Shown here: positions 27,601 to 52,570 of the stretch, piece after piece | Layout: each line of letters starts with the position of its first letter | Numbering within the stretch: the stretch's first letter is position 1 | Source of the DNA: Tubiluchus corallicola | Taxonomy: Eukaryota > Animalia > Priapulida | Length of the DNA: 64,000 nt | Reading direction: 5' to 3' | Assembly: GCA_030141605.1 (NCBI GenBank) | Contig: JAQGDQ010000396.1 | Span: forward strand, 124,001-188,000 | The notes under the pieces: model-generated | Told to the model about the DNA's origin: nothing | Seen by the model: the letters and a program-made list of their open reading frames with translations, nothing else | Databases searched by the model: none | Position numbers and translations under genes: made by a program

Positions 27601-27734
27601 TATATCTGTTTCCTACTTTAGTAAAATCATACTTGTTTTTTAGAAGTGACACTCAGAAATATGCTAGCTTGAATAAGACGACGAGTCGCAAGCAGCAGGA
27701 ACTGAAGAAGAAACCAGCGACAAAGAAAGCATAA
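12699..27734 (+). CDS. CCCH zinc finger / RWD-like / CHY zinc finger protein (resembles S. pombe SPBC18H10.09 family), 12 coding exons, ~785 aa
   Basis: Phase-consistent GT-AG exons: 12699(alt ATG 12645)-13634, 14177-14236, 14779-14843, 15004-15148, 15665-15851, 16045-16196, 16383-16637, 17477-17591, 20172-20298, 25808-25922, 26392-26501, 27644-27734 (TAA). Two C-x8/7-C-x5-C-x3-H fingers; ISPTDPDW...FPTEYP RWD/UBC-like motif; four CxxC pairs; CHY finger GACKHYKKSYRWMRFPCCGKCYPCDKCHD...ICGFC...CIGC; WEGGTGCR; basic tail. Acceptor at 12563, candidate 5'UTR donor at 10534, AATAAA at 28560. Confidence 0.9.
16740..16905 (+). mobile_element. Possible 5S rRNA-derived SINE (SINE3-like) remnant
   Basis: GCTGGTTAGTGAATGGATGGGTGACTGC (~16768-16795) resembles the 5S internal control region GGTTAGTACTTGGATGGGAGACCGC. 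Confidence 0.35.
16924..17038. repeat. Tandem duplication of a ~57-bp unit
   Basis: AATCTCAGAGGATTGCT..GTTGATGAG.TAGGTTTCTATCCCGCCAATGTGTTGTT occurs twice in tandem. Confidence 0.9.
21387..22376 (-). CDS. Class A (rhodopsin-like) GPCR, FMRFamide/sex-peptide-receptor-like orphan family, nested gene, 329 aa
   Basis: Seven hydrophobic segments, TM1 Asn (ICNIL), TM2 LSISD, ERY, TM4 HIP, ECL2 Cys, TM5 IIPW, TM7 DFIIYCLLNKNF. Uninterrupted ORF inside host intron 20299-25807. Confidence 0.92.
   Translation of the reverse strand: MESPCDKALILASLIVYWLIVIICVIGIICNILTIIVLTTTKLRNFSTYTYLTALSISDCVYLLAMIILAAIRALSLSAVINCLPYWVAVYISYIGIPIANTMTALSGWIIAMVTIERYLFTRIPIKSKFFCKPKIACTALIALTTVCCLFHIPFYYVVRPTESKPFNCRNETTNMSTSEQCYIAKDTDYAEGIVHNYQAYRWIRIVLIQIIPWTTLVILNLLLLYNLRKSNNTQMTNSKKAEMRLTMMITAVIMESLILDMTAAFTDHGFGSEANTREAFILVENLCETLSAFVDFIIYCLLNKNFAAEVQNLCHCRSNQVSHSDGQT
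23613..24806 (-). CDS. Class A GPCR, tandem paralog of 21387-22376, nested gene (ORF open from 24854; likely start MSTTG at 24806)
   Basis: N-terminal NNT sequon, ICNVI, LAASD, ERY, FHIPYFF, ECL2 Cys, MIPW, NFIVYCLLNKNF, Ser-rich C-tail; collinear with the neighbouring GPCR. Confidence 0.92.
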   Translation of the reverse strand: MSTTGVSNNTDTHDSHSMYVASSVVYAIISGLCVAGFICNVITISVISTTTLIKHSTYVYLICLAASDGCFLTAMGPVAINRALMYSGVKTCTGYGLAFFAAYVYLPVGQMLQAFSCWLIVSVTMERYMFTKAPMHSRLYCTTKVAWIIALITALISITFHIPYFFVREPLPTNYSGYNKESESTCYEAKQTSFASSEDSHYETYRWIHITLIQMIPWSLLLIFNSLLACALNKNSVLKATSSVFGMCTPKSRNERRLTLMLVILIFESLVLDMTTALTDHGFYIPTKPHNKRYYQIMLLIEDLCNSLDSCVNFIVYCLLNKNFTRELKTMKFSCYRSPKVTPSPPKIELSDESVLAAICKNVSHEVSPVHDADVAKLAQDVPQNESLTLSVLQLRS

Positions 27735-30317
27735 GTGCTATGGCCCAAAGTTTGCTGATAATTGCTGGCATGACAAGACATTTGACAGTTTGATTTCAAT
27801 GGCAGATTTGCATTACGTCTGCGAAATACTGAACAGTTCCAAATGTGAAACGGTGGACAATCTGCCCCTGTCTATCATTGAATGCTTTGGTTTTCAAGAA
27901 TTGCTTCATTATAGTAACTGTCAATGCTGTTTTGCCATCTTAATTTGGCGGGAAATCTTCAAAAATCGTTTTCGGTTAACTAGCTGGGCTTTTGTATTGG
28001 GAATTTGTTCTGGCTGTAAGTTATACATACTTACTGTCAAATCCTTACAAAGTTACGTTTTGCAATTTATCGAAAATATTATATTGCTTTTTGTAGGCTG
28101 TGTAAAGAAATGATTACATTAACTTTGTCAAAATCTTAAATTTTCGTTAATTTTTCGGAATCGCAGATTGCTGAACAAAAAATGAAAACTGTTTAATCAG
28201 TAAAACTTAGTCAGTAATGTTTTGGGTTTGGTACATCATGGCATCTGTACGTAATAATGGCTTTCTAATATTTTTGTTGAAGTAGGCAGTTGTACTGTAG
28301 TTCAGACTGTTCTGTTAGATAAGTGAGATCCCTCTGCTTTATTGATTTTTTAATGTGTTGGTTAATTAAATAAGACGGCTTGACTATATTTCACCTCTTG
28401 CCAGGACACAAGGAATTGCAGGCATTTAATGAAGAGGGATCATTGTTGCAAGTAATATTGAATGTTGGTAAAATTGTGCTTAATAATGTGTTGTTGTTAT
28501 AGTTATGTGCATAATTAGGTTTATTTTTGTAAGAAATGCCCACAAAGATGTTTTGTTAGAATAAAAGTATTTACAACATGCTGTTTTCTAATTTTTATTT
28601 GCACACAGTAAGATAGCTATGCCACAGTCTTGAAAGTTTTATTCAGAAACGTGGACTTGGAAGTAGGAGTTACCTACAGTATTATGTAGCAGATGTGCAG
28701 GTGGGTCATTTACATGATCAAGGGATGGAATGCTTAGTAAACGTTTACTCTGACGTTAATGATATACAGTGAAGTTTTAAGAAAGCATGCTCGTTTGAAT
28801 GCCGCTTAATTACCTCAACAGTTCTTTTTGTAACTGCTCGTCAAATTTAAGTTTTCTAGCATGTCCAATGTGGCATCGAAATAGATGGTAAGTGTAAGCA
28901 GGAGAAGATTTTGCTCTCTCGAGTGTTTTCCCATGTGAACATTGCCAATGCCTTGATGATTTGTTTCCTTAATTCTGACATCAGTAGTGAATCATTCTAC
29001 TTTCTTTCATTGCGCTAATGTTTTATCGAAACATCACCCCAACCATAATTCCACTATCAGGGTAGGCTTACTTGCTTCGGCTTCTGACTCCTCTGCATCC
29101 CAAGTAATGATATTGCTGTATTCTTGTTTAGTGACCTTGTTATGCATATTGTTGATATGGGTGGAGTAAACTACTATAACTATAGATATTTACATATAAT
29201 GTCATGATTTGGTGCGTTTTTTCTTTTTGGTTATGTTTGTAAATACCAAAAATTGTCTTGTTAATATTAACAAGCCCTATCATATTGTAAAGGCGGCGAA
29301 ACGCCATTTATTTTAGCCCCTACCCCTATAGTGTGATGGTTCGATCCCTTACGAAGCCATTGCATATCAGCTTTGCATACCAGGTGTAAAACTGCCGGTT
29401 GAACGTAAACGGTTAAGAGTTTTTACCATTACAGCACCTATTCCATAGACAATCAATATGAGGTACGCAGGAGAAATTTACTGGCGATTTATTTTTACAA
29501 TTCTGTATCTGTCTTTATAAAGTTTTTCATCCTCCTGGCATTTTTTTGAACCAGACCACTTGGCACCCGAAATACGAGGGAGCAAACTGACTAGACGAGC
29601 GACTAATGTCACACTCACGCAAAGCCTACTGTTACAAATGCTATGCTTTGAAAAAGCAATGCGATCGCAGTAAAAAACACTATTTTTGATTATGTAGGAT
29701 TCTTTTGATTGCTTACAAGTGAAATAAGCACAACTTTATAGTGAAGTTCAAAACAGTTGAACCTTACAGTAGATTTTTATTACAATTTAACCGTGCATTA
29801 TTGCAGTAATTTCCCTTGGTGAACAGTTGTGAAATCAATGCTTGTAATTACGTACCAGCTGTGTTATGTCATTAATCAACTGCATAATAATTGCTACTTA
29901 CTTTGTGGAAATGGATTTATCCGGGCGCCTGACGATGACAGAGGTTTTACCTAATTACACATGCAATTATAGGAGAGAACACCTAATGCTCTTGCAGAAT
30001 GTTTTGTGTTTTAGTAAGTTGGTGTGTACTGTGTAGGTGCAGTAGCTAAGAGCTGTTCAAGCAAATGTTGCTGTTTGTTTTCAATGTAGTTTTATACTGA
30101 GAGTATTGCAAATTTAACCGATTTAGTAGTTTTTGGTGAACCGTTTCTCAGATTTTGATTCAACAACTAGCCGAAATTTTCCGGAAAGAGTTGCTTATAC
30201 ATATACTCGGTTCAGGTCTGACCAAGAATATTAAAATTTATAGATGCCGTGAGTTATTAATCCATTGTTAAGAAACGGCAGATGGTGTAAATATTAAGCA
30301 AGATTTTTGTGAAAGAA

Positions 30318-31616
30318 ATGTCACAGAAATTTGGCCCTAGAAAAAACAGATTTCCTTTTCTTCGCCAGGAAGGAAAGTCGCTATCTCTTGATGACAGCAT
30401 TTCCAAAATGTCTCTTTCGTCACCAAGTCCATCGATAAGTCCGTGCACGTCCGGTTCGCGAAAGCCAGATGCAAGACGTCAGGGGTGCCAATTGAGCTAT
30501 TCGGAAGCAGCTGATTTCCTTGTAAAGAATAAGAAATCGTTGGAGCTCTTGTTGGATGTCATGCATTGGTACCCTCATCTCTTGGACCAGGAGTCGATAT
30601 CTGTCAAAAATAAGTGTCCCAAGTATTGTTTGGATTGCGTATGCTCTCGCCGTACGCATAGAAGATTGGACCGCTTACAAAAACAGCACAAGGTTGTACA
30701 AGAATCTGTGAAAATGGTAGTTGCTGATCTGGACAAAAGCAACAAACTAGTTTATCTTTGTTTTAATATGTCGGACAATAGTAGTGCAGCTTCAACTCTC
30801 ATTACCAACTTGTCTTGTTTATTGGCAACTTCTTGTTTGTTACGTACAAATCCTTGGAGCAAAGTGGCCAGGTCCGATCCAGGTTTTGTGCAACTCCTTC
30901 AGTCAGAGCTGGATACATTACAGATGTCTGACTGCTTTGTATTTCTTCTAAATGAGGAGTTTCTGAAAAACGATTTTTGCTGTGCTCTGCTGCAGTTAGC
31001 TGCGATGATGGAGAAATCACTTTCAATGGTACGGGAAAAGAAGTTTTTGCTACCAGAAGCTCGTACGTTTCCTTTTATTGCAGAAGTGACAGAATGTCTG
31101 AATGAGATCCAGTCGTTTGGTAGGAGATGTAAAGACAACCACAGTGTTTTTCTGCACAAGCAGACAGCACTGAATGACCTTCACGAGGTTCTGCAACAGT
31201 GTTACAAGGATGCCATCATTTTTGATGACTTCGTCCAGGAGGACGACATTGTTGGTTCTGTTTTTAAGGTCCTTTGCAACGAGTTGAAATTAAGTGGTTC
31301 TGTAGTTGACAGTTATCGTGTCCGCAATGAGAAACATGTAGCCACGTCCACGAGCACCGCAAGAGAATCTGAAGAGGCAGAAACATCAAGTGTTTTAAGC
31401 ATTACACCTAGAGAGACAAATTACCTAATTTTTCACCCCAGAGATCACGCAGCAAGTGAGAAACTGTTTGTGGTGGCGTGGCCCACAGCAGAGCAAGAGG
31501 ACAGAAAAAAGTCCGAGGTGACTGAAACGGAACTGTCATCACCCACTGATTTGGGTAAAACACTTTTTCCGGTTGATGACCCCAGTAGCCACAGCGACAG
31601 CGAATATGATTTTTGA
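30318..31616 (+). CDS. 432-aa single-coding-exon protein with a divergent TIR-like domain (~30744-31283)
   Basis: Long open frame in AT-rich DNA, ATG at 30318. Pattern LVYLCF (betaA)...LQMSDCFVFLLNEEFLKNDFCCALLQLAAMMEKSLSMVRE (betaC-alphaC-betaD)...AIIF..DIVGSVFKVL (betaE-alphaE) resembles TIR_2/SARM1-type TIR. Possible 5'UTR intron 30014-30151. The gene is well supported; the domain call is moderate. Confidence 0.72.
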   Translation: MSQKFGPRKNRFPFLRQEGKSLSLDDSISKMSLSSPSPSISPCTSGSRKPDARRQGCQLSYSEAADFLVKNKKSLELLLDVMHWYPHLLDQESISVKNKCPKYCLDCVCSRRTHRRLDRLQKQHKVVQESVKMVVADLDKSNKLVYLCFNMSDNSSAASTLITNLSCLLATSCLLRTNPWSKVARSDPGFVQLLQSELDTLQMSDCFVFLLNEEFLKNDFCCALLQLAAMMEKSLSMVREKKFLLPEARTFPFIAEVTECLNEIQSFGRRCKDNHSVFLHKQTALNDLHEVLQQCYKDAIIFDDFVQEDDIVGSVFKVLCNELKLSGSVVDSYRVRNEKHVATSTSTARESEEAETSSVLSITPRETNYLIFHPRDHAASEKLFVVAWPTAEQEDRKKSEVTETELSSPTDLGKTLFPVDDPSSHSDSEYDF

Positions 31617-33455
31617 GTGAATTTTTATTAGCAGCTGTACTTAACGTAGTCAAGAATCTGATGTCATATTGATGTCACACTGACCGCATGCATGATCTCA
31701 TAATGATATCAAAATCATGAACTCAAACTGAGCTAAATTTGTAACCACGTTTTTACTGTGACGATAGTGGCAATTCATGTTGTTAATATTCCTATGAATG
31801 TGCACAGCAATTCTGTACGTGCACAGAAGTTTTGCTAGTAGGAAAAATAAACTTTTTATAATTGTGGGTGTCATATATCTCTTGATTGAATGCACTAATA
31901 ATGCAGTTTGAGAGTCTGCACAGCTAGCAGATCAAACCAAAAGAAATATTGATTTGACATATAAAATTATATTTATCATGTTTAGCATGTTGTCTTCACA
32001 ATATTATGCTATGTCACTGTTCTTACTTTCTGCATGATCTGTAGACAACACACTATTTGCAACGCAAACCACACAAAAGAAAGTTAACACTTTTTAAAGT
32101 TGCAATGTCACAGTGAAGTTGTTGGTCACATGGTTGAGATACATAGAAGTTGAGCGTCTGATCTCAAGGGATTACTCTTGATACTGGTCCAGGTGCCAGT
32201 ATTGCCACAACTATTATCTTTAAGTAACCTTGCGTAGTAAGGCTTTGTTTTTAATGCTAAAGACCAGGCCAGAATGTTAAAAGCAAATGCGCAACTTCAG
32301 GCCGACCTATTACTCTGCAGGGGTTTTATTTTAAATAATTTAAAATAATTAATATTATTTTTATTTAACTAACTACAGTGTAGATAGATAAACAGTTACA
32401 CAACACTCTTTGTAGATTTTACGTGGTTTCATCTCATTCTATTTTTAAAATAAAAGATTTTGTTTATCTGCACGTGAATTTTTTTACTCTTTTTTTGGAC
32501 ATCTTCTCCTCTGAGCAGAGAGGGAATCTGAGGAGCCAAGATTTCTATTTGTTTAACACTTGGTAGAAAATTGTGGCACTACAATGAGCTTTTGAATTGC
32601 AAAGACGCGAATCTATATAATAGTTTTTGTTTTAGTTTCCTACCAATGGATCTAGGCTGAATCAAGTGATATGAGTCCAATAAATTACAGGAAGCTAAAT
32701 ACAAATATTATTATAATAGGATTCGCAAGTTATAAAGGAGGTATAATAATAGAATTTGGAAAACCAAATTAAAATAATTAAAGCACTTGTTGTGTTTAAA
32801 CAGTAATTGTTTAAATTTGACAATTTTGTAAATACTTTTTAGTAAATAGTATTCACAAACTGATAAGTTGTTGTAAACGCTATAAGTTAAGAAATCAAAC
32901 GATAGGTAAATTTTTTATACAATCCGGCACAATGCAAGTGATTCTTAAATATAATAAGAATACGAATTTGAACATGCTGTGTTAATTTTTCTAAGATTTG
33001 GCAACAATAAAGAATTTTATGTTTCCATAAAATCATGTTTTCCTAATAAATGCCGTTTTCTGAGGGGTGGTCCGATAATTTTCCAAATGACTGTAAGGTT
33101 AAACACGGCAAACAATCCAGTATACAAGCGGTGTCAAGAAATCATAAGATAAACGAGAGTTTTTTTAAAATTTTAATAATATTTCTTATTTAATCTATTT
33201 TTCTTTTTTTATTATTGTTTCAGAAATATAGCATCCGTTTCGGTTTAGTTTTCAGAAAAAATAAACACATATGACACCATACAGTCTCTGAAAAACCCCA
33301 TGCGGTTCGGTGCTCGTACCCCCCGTCTGATTACTGGCCGCCATAGCTGCCATATTGGCGGCAACCACAGATGTTAAAATAAATGCTCTCTTTTTCATGG
33401 TTTGCAGGTACGTATTTATTTTCCCTTTTCGGTTTTTTCGAAATACAGTATTACG

Positions 33456-46304
<12,849 letters not shown>

Positions 46305-47427
46305 TTTCCAAAATTATGTCTCTGTTTTTTATCACAATTTCAGCAAATTGTTTATAAGCATCAACTCTTTGATAGACAGCTCAGTTTATTTTCATTATTA
46401 AATCCACTATGTAACGATCTCTGCATTTTAGAATCTGCAGATTTTTACGAATTTCAGTTTTACCCTTTCAAAACTGACTGTTCATCATTACCACAACCTA
46501 ATATATTGTGTAGAGCTAAATACTAGCAGTGTCAGCGATTTTCTCAATATAATGATCATTGTTGTGGAAGAAGAACAGGAGTTGGGTAACAGATGATTAC
46601 ATATTGTTAATAAGATTAATATTGTTACGTATACCATAAATTATGTATACATCTACTTTAAACAGAATTAAGGATGGTAACTGCATGTTGTGACAGCTGC
46701 TACACGTGTATATAATTGACCATATAGGCACGTGTATTTGGTTGCTGTACTATATGTTGTAAAATCATTTTATGCCAGTAGACTTTAAATATAAGAAGTC
46801 TCTATCTTATCGTTAAGATTTATTGGAACTATCTTACTATAAAAATTACCAAACATTGTTTCTCATTTTCTTGTCCTGTCTCAACTTAGCCTGTCGATCT
46901 GGTGTACACTTGCGTGATCCTATACACTAATTTATTGATCGCCTGCTTGCTGCAGCCCAAGCGGTGCAGTGTTCCGCTGCTATTCCAGGACAAATCGAAC
47001 AAATTAAGGCCGTTCATCTTATAACAGGAATTTTTCCTCAAAAATAGAGTAAACTTGAGGTCAAAATGTATCAGAGTGATGTGTCTGGATACTTTGAAAT
47101 ACTCTGCATTAGCCGATTCCATAATGTGACCCACATATAGATACTGTACATTGCTACTGTGCAAGCACTGCTGAAAAGCCTTTTTCATTTTAATTGTCAA
47201 AAATCGATTTTTAATTTGTCTGAAGTAAGCAAATGCATTTCATACATAATTTTGCATGAAAGTCCATTGTGTGAGAAGTAGAAACCTACAAAAATTATCA
47301 AATATAACGTAATCGCTGCTCAGTTAGAGCAGTTTTGATGAACCCATCTAAAATGCAGCAAACACTGACCTGAAGGAGTTAAATCTGTTAAATTATTTAT
47401 ATAAAGGTTATCATTATTACTTACTAA

Positions 47428-47441
47428 TTCTTCTTCTTCTT

Positions 47442-47503
<62 letters not shown>
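47428..47503. repeat. (TTC)n(TTA)n microsatellite
   Basis: Directly visible. Confidence 0.95.
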
Positions 47504-47504
<1 letters not shown>

Positions 47505-48229
47505 GTCAGACAAGCTAAAATTACTCCAAAAAAAGGCTCAGAGCACAAAAAAGCTAGGAATTACTCCAGGAAATGCCCAAAGCAAAAAAATCAATTTCGC
47601 GAGAACTACGCACATTAATTTTTCTTAAAGAATTTATAATTGCGCAAGCATTTTAGTTGCTTTCCTAACTTCTTTGAATTTAAGAGTATGCTATTTTACA
47701 CTATCGTTATTATAATTGTATTTATGTTGGAACTATGCGTGACAGTACATAATCGTCGGCGATAGATAATGATTTCAAGTGCATTAATTTCGTTGTTTTC
47801 TGCATTTTGTATACGGCTATACAATTTGTGTATACGCTTTGCAAGTAAAACAGAGAATGATATGTTGTCAGAGACACATTGACTCTGATGTTGATAGAGA
47901 TACAGTAATTTTGTGTCCTGTTTCTAACGTGTGCAAGAATTTTCACAGAGATTTTATATAAAATAAGTAGATTGAAACATTAATGTATAATGTTTAACAG
48001 GGCGTAAGTGTCTAATTTTGTCAATGAAAGCAAAGTAAACCTCATTGGCGACAAGTAAATTTTGTTAAGCAGTACTCAGTGAAATGGAAAAAAGTACGGC
48101 TCCATGGCAGTGTCGCGCTAAATATCGCTGCTACTATTACAAGCTGTTATGACTTATGAATACAGATAATACAGTAATAACAGAATTGTGCCGTAATAAA
48201 TTTAATACACTTTACACAAAAAAGTGCGC

Positions 48230-49100
48230 CAACACCTGAGTTGCTGATAGCTGCGACGTCATCATTGTATTGGTCGTTCAAACAATTTGGAGTTTATCAT
48301 ACGGTGCCTTTTTTGTTTAAATTTGTTAGTTTCATCAAAGTGTGGGAACGGAATGACGGAATTTGTTACGTATATCGTTTTTGCAATTAGCGGCTAGGCT
48401 AGCGGCATCAAACGTCGAAGGATAAAAACTTTTGAGGGGAGCGTTGACTGTAATTATAATACACCGATAGAGGCGTACGCGCTATTTTGATAAACCAAAA
48501 TCACTTATGCGTTTTTAATGAAAGAAGAATATCGCAAATAAAAGCAGTTATTAGTTTAAAAAACTAAAACACTTCATGAAAACGAAAAACAGTAAGCTTG
48601 TAGCAGTAAGTTTGTATTATGTTCTTTCAAATACTTCTTCAGTGTTCTTAAGTAATTTGGTGGTGTAAGTAAAATTTTACTGTGAATTTTTTTCTTAGTG
48701 CCTTATTGTTGCTTTAAATAATATTCAAAAATATCACAGCTGCTATAAATCGCCAAAGACAGATGTAGGCCTTGCAGTCTTTATTTAGTGCACAAATATT
48801 TAATTTGTAACAAAAGTTACAAAACTGTGTTATAATTAGCATTTTATTTAATTACCTGGCTGCAAACTCGGGAAATCTTAAAAAAAGATATCTATATGTG
48901 TGTTTTTGCAACTCACTGCTGAGCAAGTTATGAGCGCCTGTCGACCGGCCTGGCTGTGGTGGTATCTTTAATTCATCTGCTACAACACCGGTGCGCGAAC
49001 AGCGGCGCGATAGCCTACTTGACGACAACAGTCCGTAATGCTGTGCCGCAAGGGCAACATTAACTGCGCGAACTGCTGCGCATTACGAATTATGTTCTGT
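48230..49100. promoter_or_regulatory. Candidate promoter region between the divergent GALNT genes
   Basis: CpG-enriched patches in AT-rich background, GACGTCA next to ATTGG (reverse CCAAT) near 48255-48273, repeated CGGAA and TGCGC motifs. Positional inference only. Confidence 0.3.
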
Positions 49101-52100
49101 ACTCCCCTATTCTTTGGTTCCATTGCTGTTTCAACCACGTAGAAAAAAGATCACCACGATTGTTGCCTCGTTGCACTGTAAAATTTTTGTACTAATTTTC
49201 CTTTTAAAAATAGTTTCACCTTTTGTCAAAATTATTGGTTCGGGAGGTGATCATTTAGAGTCAGCTGTAGCGAATGATGTATGTGTTTTTACTAAATGTA
49301 CTTTTTAGTATTTTGGTCTAGTCGTAGACAGCAAAATGTCGTTAATATTTAGAGATGTCAGTAAATCACTGACATAAAGTGACCGTTTTGTTTCCTTGTA
49401 GTTGGGGAAGTTATTGATGGCATGCTAACCATTTTTTAAGAGTTTGCAAGTCTTGCTAAGTGAAGAATCTTGTTATTTTTCTATCAGTTTATTTTATCAT
49501 TTATTGGTTCTTATTTTGTTTTATGAAATTTTTTGTTCACATTTGTGTTTCTGTTGCATTTATGCTGTGTTGACTATGGAATAAAATAAAACAGAAAATT
49601 ATCCAGATGCTTCTGACTGCTGATTTTTTATATTGGAGTTTTAAGTAACTGAGAGCTTGTTTATCACCATTTATAATTTATGTACAAGTTAAAGGATAAG
49701 AAAATGGATACCTGAAGTAGGTTTCAGAAAAATCGTCTTAAAAACTTATATTACGAAAAAAGGAATTTCGTTTTTTTTCATTTTAAATCTCCCGCAATAC
49801 TGTTCTGATGTTGCCAATGTTAAATTATGTCCCAAAAAACTTTCCATGCAAATCTATATTGCTTAGCATTTTGCTTACCTGCTGGAAAGACTTATGCAAC
49901 TAGAAATAATAATTTAAAATGTTTGGGCCAATTGGTAAAACATCGCTGGCTCACCTTCTAAGGTGTGCCATTTACTAGCCAAAAACGTATTTTTAATCTT
50001 TTTGTCAAGATAGCAATTTAAAATTTTACTTAGTTAGCAACATGTATGCTACGAATGCTCTGATTATTTTCAAACTTTACTCAATGTTATCTAAACTTGT
50101 TTTAAAAGACCTACCATGCAAGCCCTGCAGGTAAAAAGGTAGTATGTAAGTGATATAAAATTTTGAGACAAATTTTTTAAGCTTTATGTAAGTAGAGGGC
50201 TTTAAGTAACTAAATAAAATTATACAACATTCAGTGACATTAGGAAGTGCAATAGTAGTTATTGAATTGAGTGGTGAATAATTTGAAAGCATACTGAGAG
50301 TCTTTGCTGTTTGTGTAATAAGAACTAGATTATTTAGTAGCATCCCCATTATTTTGTACTCAACAATATTGGAAGGCAAATTGAAACTAACAAATAAATG
50401 GTACTGTGAAAATCATTCTTGTGAACAACTTTATTAGGTCAGAACCTTTTTAACAAGAAAACAATATTTTTCCTTCTAAATCCGTTCAGGAAAAATTCAC
50501 AATGTTTATCATAACAAAATTTGTAACACTGAGTAACCAAACAGATGCATACATTAGTTCATGGGTGAACGATGGTAATTATTTTAAAAAAGCTGGCTGA
50601 GAGTATGCAGGAAGAAAAGGTAAGAGAATGAAAAATTTTTGCAGTTGAATATCCTTTATTGACAATGTATACTAATAAAATGATGCATACATAAATGTTG
50701 TAACTCTTTTATATTCATTTAAAATTGCATTAGTATGAAACATTACTGAACATCTGTATGAATTTCAGACAACCAAATATTAGTCCATTGACTCATTCTT
50801 GAAATTTTGTAAAAAACTACAGAGAAAATGTAATATGAAGTCTCACTGTGTGATAAACACTTTGTGTAACTAGTAAAATTACTTTAAAGTCGCGATCATT
50901 TCGTGCTTGGACCATTGTGTCCATACTTCCGCCAATGACATCGTTCATCGGTTGAAGAAAAGCAGCACACTGTCAATTTCTTTCAAAGGTATAAATAAGT
51001 TTGTACAGAAAAACTAGATAGTTAATTATGCATGAACATTGGGTAAGCTGCAGAGCAGTGCATGTTTACAGAAAGCTTTGAAGTTTCTGATAATTTCTCT
51101 AGTGCATGGAAACTCATAGTAATTTGCAAAAGAAAAAACATCACACAAAAAACAATATGCATTATACAGATTGTACTTTTCTAGATTAAGCGAGAAATAA
51201 TTTTTTGGGATATTGCAAAAATTACACTACAGATCTATTCATATTCTAGCTGTGGTCTTTTCACCTTGTTTATTAATTTAGTAGTGAGACTTATCACGTG
51301 ATTTTACAACTTACTCATATTACCAATAATGATATATGGAGTGTACAGTCTTTCCTAGACACCCATATGCATTTGTTTACTTGGAACAGCATATGTGTCT
51401 GATGGCTTTTAAGTGTTAAAAGCTAATCTATAGTTTGTTCAGCTTTTCTAGCTTCATTTGAAAGTTATGGTGATGGCATTAGCTTTTTAATTATTTTTAT
51501 CATCCTTCAAGTCTTCCTGGAGACTGTTAATGAAGGCTGTTGACTCCTGTTAGTTTATTAATTGGCTATGTCAAAATGATTGGCAGAATCTGGATGTAAT
51601 GCAGTGTAGCAATTTCAATTGAGATACTGAATTGGGCCTAAAGAAGTAGTGAAATAATAAAAACTATTTCAATATTGGGTACCACGATTCTGTATTGTTA
51701 TTGAGGATTTCATAATATGAAATCATAATAATGTAGCTGACGTAGAACAGATGTTAAGCTTTAGTTTATGTGTTAGTTTACTGAAGAATGAAGATGTTTG
51801 CATTTCAAGTTGCGATATGTTTTGATTTAATTTTTTTACAGTTTTTTTAGAAAACTGCTTTAACATGCAATGGCAGTTATCAGACCTGTGTTGCATGCTG
51901 CAGACAATCAGTAAAACATGTTTTTAATTGGTATTTCGGGTCCAACATCGGAATCATAAATTTTGAGTGCTGTTGTAGTAAGGGTAACAATACCCCTCTA
52001 GTCAAGTCCCTGTCATTGATAATTAGTTGTTTTGCTCCTGTTACTCTCCCCTACACAATCACTATTAAGGTTAACTATATGAAAAACAGGGAAACATACA

Positions 52101-52289
52101 TAAGTGAATGATATCTACCTTTTTCTTGTTACATATTGTTTTCAGATATTGAATTTGTAGCCTATATACAGCGACGATGTATTTTAATAAATAATTATAC
52201 TTTGGGGCTTGTTATGGTTGCAGTTTCATTTTTTTGCAGAGAAATTTTGTTGACCTTTCATTGTTTGAAGTTCATGTTATAGCCTAAAC

Positions 52290-52570
52290 TCATTTCACAC
52301 ATGGACATGCAGTAAAATTCATCAAAGAAAAATTCCTTGTGGTATTCCTTACAAAAATTGAACACATTATTTTTTAGGGCAGTTTTTGCTCAGATGCCTC
52401 ATGAGGAATATAATATTCCTCATGGTATTCCTTGTGAGGAATTCCACTGCCAACTGAAATCGTGCTTCCCATTCGCAAGGAAATTTGCTGCTTAGTGGAA
52501 ACAGAGCATGTTTTATTTTTTCCTTGCAGAATTTAACTGCTTAATTACTTCTTTCTTGTATAGTGAACAT
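52290..52570. mobile_element. Harbinger-like MITE/dispersed repeat, inverted copy of 5880-6172
   Basis: Begins CATTTCACA, internal CCTC..GAGG palindromes, shared ATTTAACTGCTTAATTACTTCTT segment. Confidence 0.5.
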
